From NCBI RefSeq assembly GCF_009914755.1, contig NC_060932.1: DNA of 64,000 bases. One strand, given 5' to 3'. The notes under the pieces were generated by a model, which worked only from the letters and a program-made list of their open reading frames with translations, was not told where the DNA came from and searched no databases. This stretch comes from the human T2T-CHM13v2.0 reference genome, Homo sapiens. The position numbers and the translations under genes are program-made. Positions 1 to 17,138 of the stretch are shown piece by piece; the stretch's first letter is position 1, and each line of letters opens with the position of its first letter.

Positions 1-412
1 ATGCAGCCATAAAAATGAATGAGATCATGTCCTTTGCAGGAACGTGGATGAAGCTGGGAGCCATCATCCTCAGCAAACTAACACAGGAACAGAAAAACCA
101 AATACTGCATGTTCTCACTCACAAATGGAAGTTGAACAAAGAAAACACATGGACACAGAGAGGGGAACAACACACCAGGGCCTGTTGGGGGTAGGGGGTG
201 AGGGAGGGGACCTTAGAAGACAGGTCAAGAGGTGCAGCAAACCACCATGGCACACATATACCTACGTATACCTATGTAACATGACACACGTATACCTATG
301 TAACATGACACACGTATACCTATGTAACAAACCTGCATATTCTGCACATGTATCCCATTTTATTTTTAGAAGAAATAAAGAAAAACAAAAATTAAATAAT
401 AAATTAATTAAA
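1..412 (+). mobile_element. L1 3' end (older L1PA-type) with A-rich tail, directly followed by an older L1
   Basis: L1 3'UTR motifs (gcagccataaaaatgaatgagatcatgtcctttgcag; aaacctgcatattctgcacatgtatccc) then an A-rich tail. Confidence 0.9.
264..329 (+). repeat. 24-bp tandem repeat (acgtatacctatgtaacatgacac, about 2.7 copies) in the L1 3'UTR
   Basis: Unit read directly in the sequence. Confidence 0.9.
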
Positions 413-414
413 TA

Positions 415-4074
<3,660 letters not shown>

Positions 4075-4679
4075 GCAGTCTAAGGAAATAGGGAAGTTTG
4101 ATAATTATGTACCTGGACTTCTAGGGAGTACAACTTAGAGTTTTGTCAAATAAGGGAGGAAAAGAGTATTGGGTCAAGGGAGAAAAATCAGAATATTATG
4201 GTGATAAAAGTACTAAAGAGAATAGAAAAGCAAAGGGGCTTACGATTTGTACAGTGATCAAAGAAACCAGGAATGTTAAAGCAGACAGGGTTGCTACATC
4301 AGAAAAAAAGAAGAGGGAAGAGTTCAGTAGCCTCCTTAATCATCTGCCATGGAGTCAGCAGCTCAGGTAGTGATCAAGGAAGCCCAAATCTAGTCTTCAG
4401 GCACTCAGGAGTGGGCAGTTATTCTACCAGCTTTGGCTCTACGTTTCTGGTTCCGGTTAAGAGTAATGCATCAAACCAATGGACCACCAGGACCAAGGGA
4501 TAAGCTTCAAAAAGTACAGTTCTGCTCTTAAGCACTTCCTCCCTACAGGACCCAGCCCAGAGACATAGGCGGAGGTAATGCTGCTGCTAGGTGCTTTGAG
4601 CCATTTTGTGCTCCCTCCTACCTGCCCCTCCTTTTGCCCCAAATTCTAGTCCCACCTGCTTTGTCATCTACTACCTGCC

Positions 4680-4810
4680 TATGGTAGTTCCCTCTCTGGT
4701 CTTCAGTGTCCTCATTGGTAAAATGAACGTAATATATATATCCCTTCTGTAATCCCATATATTCATGCAGTGATGTAAATGATGGGAAAGGGCTTTGAAC
4801 AATGTGGTAA
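4680..4810 (+). mobile_element. MIR fragment
   Basis: ctctctggtcttcagtgtcctcattggtaaaatg resembles the MIR core. Confidence 0.55.
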
Positions 4811-5002
4811 GTTAAAGAGGCTGGGGCACTGACTTTCTCCCACTTTCCCAAGTCCCACTTCAGAACTGCTCTCCTAGGGCCCAACCTCATAACTCTTTTC
4901 TAGCCCTTTGATAAACATTTGCCTACTGAGGGGCAAAACTACATGACATCCCAAGAACAGAGACTAATACTGTAGCCCATTTCTTCTCTTTATTTCCCAT
5001 GA

Positions 5003-5296
5003 TTTTTTTTTTTTTTTAAGGAGTCTCATTCTGTCGCCTAGGCTGGAGTGCAGTGGTGCAATCTCAGCTGATTGCAACCTCTGCCTCCTGGGTTCAAACA
5101 ATTCTCCTGCCTCAGTCACCTGAGTAGCTGGGATTACAGGCACCTGCCACCACACCTGGCTAATTTTTATATTTTTTGTGGAGATGGGGTTTCGCCATGT
5201 TGGCCAGGCTGGTCTCAAACTCCTGACCTCAGGTGATCTGCCCATCCCAGCCTCCCAAAGTGCTAGGATTACAGGCGTGAGCCACTACACCCAGCC
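5003..5296 (-). mobile_element. AluS-type SINE
   Basis: Full antisense Alu with TSD cccatgatt on both sides. Confidence 0.95.
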
Positions 5297-7801
5297 CCCA
5301 TGATTACTCTTAAACCTAGAAACTGGGACCGTTTTCCTGGTTGGTGGAGCCTATTCACTAGATCAAAAGGGAGGGGCATAATGAGTTTCACAATGGGCAT
5401 TCAGTTATGGGGTGATGCAAGGAGTGGGTGTGTGAGATAAATGCTGAATAGGCCTGGGGCACATTTTGACTCCTGTGGACAAGTGAGTAACTAGAGCTCT
5501 CATGTGAAAAGATGTCAAGACAGCTATCTTGAATTTCTCCATCTCAACCCCAGCCTTCACTTTTTTCCATTCCTTCCTGCTCTCATCATCCAGCCCTTTC
5601 TCTCATTTTTTCCCAATTCTCAGGCTGCACCCTACTCTCCTGTTCCATCCAACTTTTTGTTTCGTCCCTACCTGTCAACATCATCCCTGCCCACTACCCT
5701 ACCTTAAGGATTGCCCTGCCCAGCTGTCTTCTGTTGGTTTTAACCTGTGCATTTGCCACCACTATATTCATCAGGGTCCCAATTTCCACTACTGCCTTCT
5801 TTTTCACCCTACCTTTCCTCCTAGGCCTAGTTTCTAGTCCTCTGTATTCTAGTCTCCACCCCCATTCCAGTCACCACTAACTAGTCCTGTTGGGGGCTCA
5901 CAAACCTCATCCTAGACACATGGTTTCCCTACTACTGTGACAGTTCTTGGGCCAGGAGTGTGGATTCCTGGAAGCCTAACATGGTGGGCATAGGGAATGC
6001 AAGACAATGGCAAACCAACAGTCAGCCTCAACAGTCTGCTCCTTCCCTCTCCTGCATGAGCAGCCAGACTTCATTAGCCTCTACATTTGGAACTGGCTTC
6101 TCCATTGAAACTTGTCTGTAACCACATAGCAAACTGCAGGACAAGTAGCAGAGAAGGTGGAGGAGAAAAGTGGAAAGCGTATAATCAGGAGGAAAATAAT
6201 TGGCCAAAATCAGGTCTAATCATGTGTCCAATACTTCCTGAGCCTGCCCCTTGACAGTGAGCCCTTTCCTGGCAGTATGCAGGGGCGATTCTAGTAACCA
6301 GGCTGGGTTCTGAGAAGCTGGGGCAGGGCAGTACAGGGACACTGTTGCCTGGAGACAGCAGAGGACACCATTGCCTGGAGATGACAGAAGGCTGAGGATG
6401 GAGAGAGGCACTGATAGAGGCCAGACCAGACAAGCAGTGCCAAGTCCATAGTGGGACACCAAAGGGAGGAGGCAATCCCAGATGAGGTCCATCCCAGAAC
6501 CAGACCTTGCAGGGACCTCAAGGAGCTATGAACATAGAAACCCTATACACGATATCACTTGAATCCCTCCACAAGGGCTTCTGATATTGTCTTAGACCTT
6601 TGGAAAGTTCAGGGGTAGTAGCCTCTGGGCCCATAGTGCTCCCCTGATGATGCAGCCCCACCCTCAACTCTTGCCACTGCAGATGCTCCTTGGGCAGTTT
6701 CATCTGGGCCTTTCACATCAGCTCCCTCCAAATGTGACTGGACCTCAAATGGATCTTCAGACCCCCATGCCCAACCACCTCCCAGCTACCTTCCCTGGAC
6801 AACCCACAGGTCACATGATCACCAGGAAGCCCATGTCTCTGCATGATAACCTGGAGAAACCTACAGATGCCAGGCTTCTGAATCTCATTCACCATGCTTC
6901 CCAGGGATCAAGGAAGAAATACCCAGAGATACAGACTGAAAAATCAGGAAACTGGATGGGATTCAGAGCCCTTGGAATGGAGCCTTCTCATTCATTCACC
7001 CAACTCCAGTCTAAAACGTGCAGCTCTGAAGCAGGGCTGCTTCATAGAGACTTGAGTAAATAGCACAGTAAAGCCCAGGTTTTACCAGTGAGGAGGAGAG
7101 TAAATACACTGATCATTTGCAAGAGCACCTCTTCAGATATGGCACCTCTCCTTGGAGAGAGGAGACTATGGAAGACAGGGAGACCATTCTAGCTGAAGCT
7201 CACACCACTTACACAACAAAAGATCTAAGTCGAAAAGGGAGAGAGTAAAGACCTGGCTCACATGGGTGTGAAGTGTGCATGTGGAAACATTGCATCTTTA
7301 ACATTTCACAGCATCTTGTAGCAGGCTTACTATGGCAGGAAGGACAAGTGTGGCTGGCCCAGCCAGTGCTGTCCTGCTCAGACCTTCCTAGGCTTTGCAA
7401 TGCTGGGATAATAGGGAAGCCACACTCAATGAGCATCTCTCAGCCTCACATCTCCTGGTCAACCCAGAATGCCACAACCACAGGCCGAACCACAGGTAAG
7501 AAAGGAAGTAGGTAACTTCTGGGTCTACAATGACATCACTCTGTACAAGGCTAAAATGTGGAGTTTAGGAAAAGATAATGACCACGAGTAGCATCCCAGA
7601 GGATTTAATACCCTGAGTTTGCATGGCCCACAGAAATATTACCTTTAGAAAAATAGAAGAGGGTGAACATACACCACTGAGGTTGGTCTAGGGGTATTCC
7701 CAAAGCCACCAACCTTACCTTAATATGTCACTCCTGTCTCTCAACACCATATAAACGGGAATATCTAATATCTAGGTAAGCATTCTTTTTTTCTTGGTAC
7801 G

Positions 7802-8167
7802 TGTCTCAGTTTGTTTTCGGCTGCTATAACAAAATACCACAGACTGAAAAATTTATAAAGAAAATGAATTTATTTCTCACAGATCTGGAGGCTGGGAAAT
7901 CCAAGAACATGGCACTGGCATCAGGCAAGGGTCAGCCCATGCTGGAGGGCAGAAGGCAGAAGTGAGCATGTGAGACAGAGATAAGAAATTAGGCTGAACT
8001 TGCTTGTATAGCAAACCCAGCCTCTCAATAACTAACCCGCTCCAGCAATAATGGCATTAATCCATTCATGAGGGCAGAGCCCCCATGACCTATTCACATC
8101 CTAAAGGCCCCACATCAATCATATCTCAACATGAGGTTCAGAGGACACAAACATTCAAACCATAGCA
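7802..8167 (-). mobile_element. ERVL-MaLR LTR (MSTD/MLT1A-like)
   Basis: gctgctataacaaaataccacagactg ... ggcattaatccattcatgagggcagagccc ... cattcaaaccatagca. Confidence 0.85.
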
Positions 8168-8199
8168 GTAAGTAATCCTTTTTCTTAAAAAAAAATTTA

Positions 8200-9350
8200 T
8201 GTTTTTACTAAAATATTTTATAAATTTGCTTTAAAATTTTTAAATAATATGGAAGCTATAGAGTGGGAGTGGGTAGGAAGATTCTGCAAATCTCCAGTCT
8301 TCTCCTGCTCCCTCTTCACTCCCCATCCCAACCTACCATTCTGCACTACCAGGGTAACCACTGCTAACATTCCATGCTTTGTGAATATTCTGAATGTTTT
8401 TTAAAGGAAATAAGATCATTTCTTACATACTATTCTGCAACTTATGTTTTAATGTAATGTATGTTAGAGAGCTTTCCATATTAATATAATATGTGTGGCC
8501 CATTTTAATAGCTATAAGCCATTGTATTAACATACCATCATGAGGGTACACTGCCACCTTGGATGAACACGTAGGCTACTTCCTTGTGTCTATATATTTG
8601 CTTTTGTTATTATTAGAAAGCAGCAAGGAACAGCCTGTACACATAACTTTGCAAGTTTACATGAATTTATCTACAAAATAAATTCATAAAAGTAGAAATG
8701 GTGAGTCAAAGGAATGAAGCATTTAAAATTTTTATAGATATTGCCAAATTGATCTTCAAACACTTGTACCAATTTGTTCTCCCAGGAACAACAGTGTGCA
8801 GGCATATTTGTTTGCATAGATCCTAGCCAACTGAGGGAGTTATCGAACTATTAAATCTCTGCCAATCCAATGGGGGTAATATGATAATCTGTCCATTTAT
8901 TTTGTATTTCTTTCATTATCAGTGAGCATGAGTCTCTGTAAGACAGATTCATTCTTTTTTATGCAAACTCCCTCTTTATGTCTTATACACATTTTTCTCT
9001 GAATTTTGGTCTTTTTCTTTCCTGTTTTTAGAAGCAATTTTGGTACTATTGAAAATGAGTCCTTTTGTTACAAGTGTTGCCATTATTTTTTTTCCAGGCT
9101 GTCTTTTGCCTTTCTGATGGTATTTTTTCAAGTAAATTTTTTTTATTTTTGTATAGGCAAATCTGTTTATCCTCTTCCTTATGGTTCTTAGTTTTACATC
9201 ATACCTAAAAGAGTCTTACCCATTCTAAGATTTTTTTTTAAATTCATGAAGGTTTTATTCTAGTGTTTTTATAGATTCATATTTTTGCATTTAAGCATTT
9301 GATCCTTCTGGAATTTATTTTGATGTAAGAAAGGAAGTAGGTAACAAGCT
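8200..9350 (-). mobile_element. Old L1M (L1ME-like) fragment
   Basis: T-rich decayed antisense L1 3' region motifs. Confidence 0.6.
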
Positions 9351-9705
9351 TTACCAGGTGGAAGAGTTACTCTTACCAGGAAACCATACTAAGTTCAAAT
9401 ATCAAAAAAAATTGTGTTATGCACACATCATGTATTGAATGTGTAAGGGCTGTGCAACACGTTGACATTTCATTGATCACCTCAACCTTGACCAGCTGTT
9501 TGTTCTGCCTTTATGACCTAGCAGTGTGTGCAGCTTGCCGATTCAGACCTCAGTTTACCTGCTGGCATGGAACCTAGTAAATGCCTTTTATTGGATTGTT
9601 TTCCTAATGCAGAATTTTTTTAAGTTTTGTAGTTTATTTACTACAAAACAAAGTTGACAAATACATAAATCTGTCTCACTCATTGAACCATTAAGTATCC
9701 TCCAT

Positions 9706-10127
9706 TTTCTTCGATAGTTTTTGGGGTACAGGTGGTTTTACATAGCTAAGTTCTTTAGTGATGATTTCTCAGATTTTAGTGCACCTGTCACCCAAGCAGT
9801 GTATACTGTACCCAATATGTAGTCTTTTACCCCTCACCCCCTCCAAACCTCCCTCCCCAAGTCCCCAAAGTCCATTATATCATTCTTATGCCTTTGCATC
9901 CTCATAGCTTAGCTCCCTCTTATAAGTGGGAACATACGGTATTGGGTTTTTCCATTCCTGAGTTACTCCATTTAGAATAATAGCCTCCAGCTCCATCCAG
10001 GCTGCTGCAAAAGACATTATTTTGTTCCTTTTTATGGCTGAGTAGTATTCCACGGTGTATGTATGCCACATTTTCTTTTTCCACTAGTTGGTCAATGGGC
10101 ATTTAGGTTGGTTCCATATTTTGCAAT
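9706..10127 (-). mobile_element. L1PB-type 3' end
   Basis: Antisense L1 3'UTR (ggggtacaggtggtttt ... ttttatggctgagtagtattcca). Confidence 0.88.
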
Positions 10128-10139
10128 TCCACCAATTCA

Positions 10140-10275
10140 GAAATTCTTAACCTTTTTTGTGCCATAGACCTCTTTGGCAGAATAATGTTTTTAAAACACA
10201 TAGAATCACAAAAGAAACAAATACATTAAAATTGAGTTCTATCCACAGACCCCTTGGTTTATGGACCTAAGATTA
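10140..10275. mobile_element. Possible hAT-Charlie DNA transposon fragment
   Basis: ttcttaaccttttttgtgccatagacctctttggcag ... gacccc resembles Charlie-type MER ends. Confidence 0.45.
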
Positions 10276-11629
10276 CTTGAGACTTCTTTTCTGCACCAGA
10301 CGTTCCAAAAACACCACTTCTTAGAAGTAAACACAAAACCCTCTCCAATGGTCAAACTCTCACCTGCAGATGCCAGCAGTTCTCTCTGAATCCTGGGCTT
10401 CCCTCTGCCTCAATGCCTTTTTCTGTGGTCATTGACTCACACTTAGCTAGTTTGCAATCTGCTACTCCATATCAGATGAACTATTGCCAAATTCATAAGA
10501 GGTAGGCCATATTAAGGCAAGTGAATTTATATAAACTAATACTACCTTCTCTTGTTCTCTTTATTTCCATACCTACTGTCATTCCTTTTTCCCACCCGGT
10601 GCTAATATCTCTTGCCCTGTTGCTTCCTACAAGGGCATCGCTTACTACTCAATCATCCAATGCACAGCTACATATTATAGTCCTGTTACAATACTGAAGA
10701 AAGAACATAATCATATATTCTCATGAGTATGTGTCTATCATGAATTTGGTTGCTTTGTTTGTCCCTAAATAAGCGTATCTTTCTCCATGTCACCATACTG
10801 GAGGTCTTCCTGATCCCTGCCTCAATAAATGAGTTGACATCAGAAGGTCATCTATGATGAACTATTAACTGAAAATATTTGGAGAGCAGAAGGAAAATGA
10901 TAACCATGGATTTTTGAGATAAGAGGAGCCATTCTGAATGAGGCATCAATTGAGTTGAGACTCACACAAAAGAAAAATCTCCCTTTGCAGACACCAGGAA
11001 GTCTGAAACTGATTCCATCTGGTTTGTCTGTGATGTATAACATTACTGGGTCATTAGTCTTTGCCTTTGCTCAAAGCTAACTCTAGCATCTGGACCGGCA
11101 ATGTCAGAGCCCTCACAGGCATCCCCACACCAACAATTCTGTAGCCCACGTGGGAGAAGACCTTTGACTTCAAAGGCTGAAAGAGAATCAACAAAAAAAC
11201 CTTTTGGCTCCTTAGTGACTAGAGAATACATAAGGCCCAAAAACTTTCTCTTTTTCTCTCTCTCTCTACAACTCTATGCGGAAAGAGTTCCTGAAAGGAA
11301 AGAACTACAAAGAGTAAGTGGTGAGTTCCTTGACAAAAACAAGTCTCATTAACAAGCAATTCAACTTTTCTCTGAGATGAGCCATATGGACTGTAAACAC
11401 AAAGACAAAAAGAATTTTAACCCCTAAGTAGCAAAGTTTTCACAGAGCTACTACATTAAAAAGAGATAATAGACATGAAAACACATTTTTTTTAACAGCT
11501 GGTAAGTAAAGGTATAATTATCATCAACAATAATCATAGTTTTCTTCATTGAACCTGGTTGAAAAATCATAAAAATTCCAAGTTATGAACTCAGAACATT
11601 TATTTTAGACCTCATTTTGTCTGACATAA

Positions 11630-11800
11630 GATTACTCATTCCTGTAAGCACAACAAAAGGCCGAGAAGAGACCGCAGAGGTCATCTAGCTTAATCCCTTC
11701 TTACTGAGTATCAGAAAGGTTAAATGAGGTGTTCAAGTCACAATGAGTCAGTGCAGAGCCAGAACACACCACAGATCTGCTAACTTTGTGGTCCTTCTAG
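11630..11800 (-). mobile_element. MIR fragment
   Basis: cagaaaggttaaatgaggtgttcaagtcaca ... gcagagccagaac. Confidence 0.55.
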
Positions 11801-11849
11801 TGATACCATACCACCTACCAGAAACAAATTTAGAGAGTTATATTGTCTG

Positions 11850-12720
11850 TTACACAAAGCCCTGCTGGACTCACTATCTTCCTTTTGTTTCTCACATCTT
11901 CTATTCAGTCTTCCCCACTCTGCTGTCTGCCCCAGGAGGCTGACTTATATGGACTACCTCAACTGACACACTTGACCTCTGACTTCCAGTTGAGTTTAAT
12001 CAAAGACGACCCCCCAGCAAGAGGAGGAAAGGACAGAGGATAGAGAGGTTGGGTTGCTTATTCCCTGGAGTCCCCTTCAGTCCCATGTTAGTATCATCCT
12101 GAGATGAGAGCTCCACACAGCTCTTTCCCTCTGTCCCTTCACCCCTTCAGGCCTAACGGTGTGTGTTAGTTCCCTAAGGCTTCCATAACAAATTTCTATG
12201 CTTCAAACAACAGACATTTGTCTCATAGTTCTGAGGCCAGAAGTTTAAAATCAAGGTTTTAGTAGGCCATGCTCTCTCCGAAGGGTGTAAGTGAGATCCT
12301 TCGTTGCACCTGCCTTGCTTCTGAAAGTTGCTGGCAATCCTTGCCATTCCTTGGCTTATAGATGCATCACTCCAATCTCTCCTTCAGCTTCACCTGATGT
12401 TTTCCCTGTGTCTCTGTCTATATCTCTTCTCCTCTTATTATAAGGATGTTAGACATACAAGATTAGGGCCCACCATAATGACCTCATCTTCATTTGATTA
12501 TGTCTGCCAGGACTCTCTTTCCAAATAAGATCACATTCAGAGGAACGGAAGGTTACAACTTCAACATGTCTTTTGGAGGGACACAATTTAACCCGTAACA
12601 CAATGGTAACAAAGCCCTGTTACTACTTGCCCCAGGGCACTGCATTATCCTGTGGTTTTCATAGATCTGATCTGCGTTCCTACAAATAATTCCTTTACTA
12701 AACTTTCCCCAAGTTTCACT
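11850..12720 (+). mobile_element. ERVL LTR (LTR33-like), split by an MLT1 LTR
   Basis: ctgccccaggaggctgacttatatggactac motif; resumes after 12600. Confidence 0.6.
12161..12600 (-). mobile_element. MLT1C/B-like MaLR LTR
   Basis: Antisense MLT1 ends: tgtgttagttccctaaggcttccataaca ... gggacacaatttaacccgtaaca. Confidence 0.85.
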
Positions 12721-13450
12721 TCCACTTAGGATATAGAAAGCACAAGAGAATATTGATCCCACCCCAATAATGAGAAAAAGCCAAAGAACCTATTCTTGAG
12801 CCCGTCAGAGCTGAGAACACAAAGCAACCAACTGAAGTAAGTTCCAGTGAGTCACAGACCCCTCTAAGGAGAGACAGGGCACACAAACTATTTCCCTTTT
12901 GGCAGAGCACAAAAGGAAAAGGCAGGTGCCATAAAGGTAGGTAAAAAGAAAACAGCTACAATTTTAACCAATTCTTAAAGGTCAAGTGTAGGCTAAAGAC
13001 ACAATATGCAATCCCTAGACCCCTTATATACAAGCAGAATCTGCACCCACACACCAGTTATTTTTCTTAAACCTATACCAGGTACTCTTGAGAAGGATTT
13101 CAGGCAGGATAGGAAACTTGAGTGAGTCTCTTCAATGTTGCCAACATTCTGGTCATGAACATCTGCTGCTGCGGTGGAACAAGCACAAGGTCTCGCTTAC
13201 TTCTTTAACATGGAGCAAAAGTCTAAAGCTGCTGGGGAGAAAGCAAGAAAACCTCCCACTTTCAGAGCCCTGGCAAAGATTCCTGCATCTCAAAGGGAAA
13301 GAAAGCAAAAGTTCTCTGCTACAGGGGTAAGAAAGCTTCTGGAACAGGAGAAACTCTCTCTAGCCCAGGACCCTACACTCATACAAAGCAGTGGCCTGTT
13401 GCCACTGAAGGCAAAACTGAAAAATCTGACTACACAAGAGCTCCCACAGA

Positions 13451-13534
13451 TATTAGGTTGGTGCAAAACAAATTGCGGATTTTGCCATTAAAAGTTATGG
13501 CAAAAATCACAATTACTTTTGCACCAACCTAATA
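13451..13534. mobile_element. MADE1 mariner-derived MITE (miR-548-type hairpin)
   Basis: tattaggttggtgcaaaa ... ttttgcaccaacctaata inverted termini with TA ends. Confidence 0.93.
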
Positions 13535-14282
13535 TAAGGCAGAGTTTGGCTGAAATGGAGGGGAGGGATAAGAATACTGAGAAAGTGCCACCACTGAGGC
13601 TCAATGACACAGGACCTACCTAACACAAATGCTGAACCAGGAGAACAAAGATCTTCCCCGCTGCATCACAAGCCTCACACCAAATAACACACAACCGCTG
13701 TCTACACCTGAGGGTATGACGGCAAGAATACGAATAAATATCCTATCTGTGATGGAACCATGCAGAGGCTGCTGAAAACTAATGATGAAACATAAATATA
13801 GAGAAAAACTCTCAACATCTCAGGCCCCATGTCAAGTGCAAGTTAGCAGCAGTCCACCACTGAAGGAATTTGAAGCTCACAGTCTACTGAAGGTAACTAC
13901 AATAACCGCAAAACCTAAGCTCAACACATGTACTGACAAGAGTAACTCAAGCTCGCACACTAATAGCATGAAATAAGAAAAGTCATGCCCATTTCAGAAC
14001 ATAAATACGACTTACCTCAGATACTACTACTCTTTTACATATAATGTGTGGCAGTCAATCAAAAATAACAAGACAGACAAAATAAGATAAAGCAAACCAC
14101 TATGAAGACATGGAGAAATCAATAGATTAATAAGACCCAGAGATGATATGAGCATTAGCATTATCAGACAGATTTTTAAACAACCATAGAATATTTTAGA
14201 TAATCTAGTTGAATAAGTGGGTAACTTACATGAAGAGATAGAAATCTTTAGCAAAGCAATACTATCAAAAAGTCACATGGAT

Positions 14283-14590
<308 letters not shown>

Positions 14591-16889
14591 ATTTTAAAAG
14601 AAGTCACATGGAAAGCTAGAAATAAAAAGCATGATACAATGTGTTTAGGATTTGTTTTTGCTCTATCACTTTCAATAAACATGATATCTGAAATACAAAA
14701 TTCTTTCAATAAGACATAGCTTAAGAAAAAACAAGTAAAACTGAAGAGTGAAAAAATATTATCCAAATTAAAACAGAATAAAGAAAAAACAGAGCATTAA
14801 AGAACTGTGGTAGAATACCAGTTTAACATACATGTAATTAAAATTCCAGATGGAAAAGAGAGAAAGAATACTGCAGAAGAAATATTTGAAGAGGTAATAA
14901 CAGATGATTTTCCATAATTAGAGACAACACACCAAATCCAAACAGCTCAGAGAAACACAAGCTAGATAAATATACACAGACACAAAGACCCATCATACTC
15001 ACACTGCTGAAATCAAAGATAAAGAGAAAATCTTGAAGGCAACCAGAGAAAAAAGAAGCATTACATACAGAGATACAAAGATAATATGACAGACTTTGCA
15101 TCAGAAACTATACAAGACAAGACAAGACGAGAGAGGCATCTTTGAAGTGCTGAAAGAAAAAAAATCAACCTAGATTTCTACGCCCAGCAAAAATATCTTT
15201 TATAAATAAATGCAAAGTAAAAATATTGTCTAAAAGACAACAGTTGAGAAAATTCATTGCCAGTAAACCTGCATTAAAAGGGGAGTTAAAGAAAGCTCTG
15301 CAGGCAAAAGGAGAATGATAAAAGACGGAGATTTTGACTCACACAAAGAAATAAAGGGCAATAAAATTGGTAATATCAGAATATATATAAAAGTATTTTT
15401 TCTGATTTTTAGTCTCTCTAAAGGAAAATTGTCTTAGGCAAAATAATAGCAATATATTGTGAAATTTATGACATATATAGAAGTAAAATATATAACAAAA
15501 ATAACATAAAAGATGAGACAGAAAATAAAATATACTGTTGTACTATAAAGGAAGCAATATAATTACTTAACCATAGACTGTAATATGATAAGATGTCTTT
15601 TGTTAATCTTACATCAACTACTAAACAATTTAAAAGAGGTATAACTAATAATCCGATTGTGGAATCACAAAAAAAAATACTCAAATAATGCAAAATAAGG
15701 CAGAAACGAGAATAAGGAAACAAAAAAGGTGGCATTTAGAAAATAAGTAGCAAGACAGTAGATTTAAATCCAACCATATCAACAATTTTATTAAATAATA
15801 ATGAAGTCTATCTCTCCCCATTAGAAGGCAGAGATTGTCAAATTAGAAAAGTAGCAAAAGTAGCAAGACCCAGATACATGCAGTCTACAAGAAACCCACT
15901 TTTTATATATAAAGACAAAGGCAAGTGAAAAGGGGGGAAAAGATATAACAAAATAACACTAATCAAAAGAAATCTAGATCAGACAAAGTAGGCTTCCAAA
16001 CAATGAATACTGTAAAATATGAAGAATATTACATAATGATAAAGGGATATAATACACCAGGAAGACTTAACAATCCTAACAATCCTAAATGTACCTAACA
16101 TGACTTTCCAAAATACATGAAGCAAAGACTAATTGACTCAAATGAGAAATAGACAAATCCACAAGCTGACATTGCAGTTAGAGAATTCAAGTTAGAGGAT
16201 TCAACGTTCCTCTATCGATAATTAACAAAACAAATATACAGAAAATTAGTATGGATATAGAAAATCTAAATAATAGTATAAACCAGCTTGACCTTCTTGA
16301 TACTACGTAACATTCCACTTAACAATAGCAGGATAAACATTCTTTTCAAGCATATATAAAATATTCACCAAGAGCAACCTTGTTCTAAGCTATAAAAAAA
16401 CCTCAACAAATTTAAAGGGAATTAAATAAATGCAAAGTATGTTTTATAAATACAATGAAATTAAACTAGAACTCAGTAACAGAAAGATATCTCAAAAATC
16501 CCCAAACATTTGAAAATTAAACACACTTTAAAATAAGAAAATCACAAGGGTAATTAGAAAATATTTGGTATTGGATTTAAAATGAAAACACAATCAGAAT
16601 TAATGGGATGCAGGTCAAGCAGTGATTAAAGGAAAATTCATGGCATTCAATGCTAATATTGGAAAATAAGAAAGTTCTTAAATCAATGACTTAACCGTCT
16701 AACTTAAGGAACTAGAAAAACGACAAATTATACCCAAAGCAAGCAGAAGAAAGAAAATAAAAGTGAGAAGAAATCAATAAAATATAAGAAACAAAATCAA
16801 ACTATCTCTCTGGGTTTCCAAAGATAATGCAACATGACTGAAAGATAGTATGTGTCTAGTTCCTAAGTTCCTGAATGTGTGAAGCTGAG

Positions 16890-17110
16890 ATAATAGCAAC
16901 CAACATTTGTACAGGCCCAGCCAATTGGCACACCGTTTTCCTAAAAATTTGCCTATTTGGTCCCACAGTGATCATATTGGGTAAGGTAATACAGCAATTT
17001 TCATTACTATCTACAGGTAGGTGATAGTTACAGGTGACATATCTATATTAGGTGACCTACCAAAGACTAAGTCAAGATATAATTTCAAAATTCCTGTTTC
17101 CAAATTTACC
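16890..17110 (-). mobile_element. MIR fragment
   Basis: Degenerate MIR core (aggtgacctaccaaagac ... aatttcaaaattcctgttt). Confidence 0.45.
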
Positions 17111-17138
17111 TTCCGACTATTCCTTCCTGATTCCTTAC

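Noticed and set aside
6647-7063. 138-aa plus-strand ORF as a CDS
   Set aside because: No recognisable domain; the stronger splice and motif signals in this block are on the minus strand.
11272-11313. Plus-strand 42-nt exon-like piece (pyrimidine tract, then GTAAGT donor)
   Set aside because: The acceptor ends in CAA rather than AG, the tract is a (CT)n run, and no convincing plus-strand partner exons were found.
11499-11501. Possible 3-nt microexon (ttttaacag CTG gtaagt)
   Set aside because: No host gene on this strand; the motif can occur by chance.
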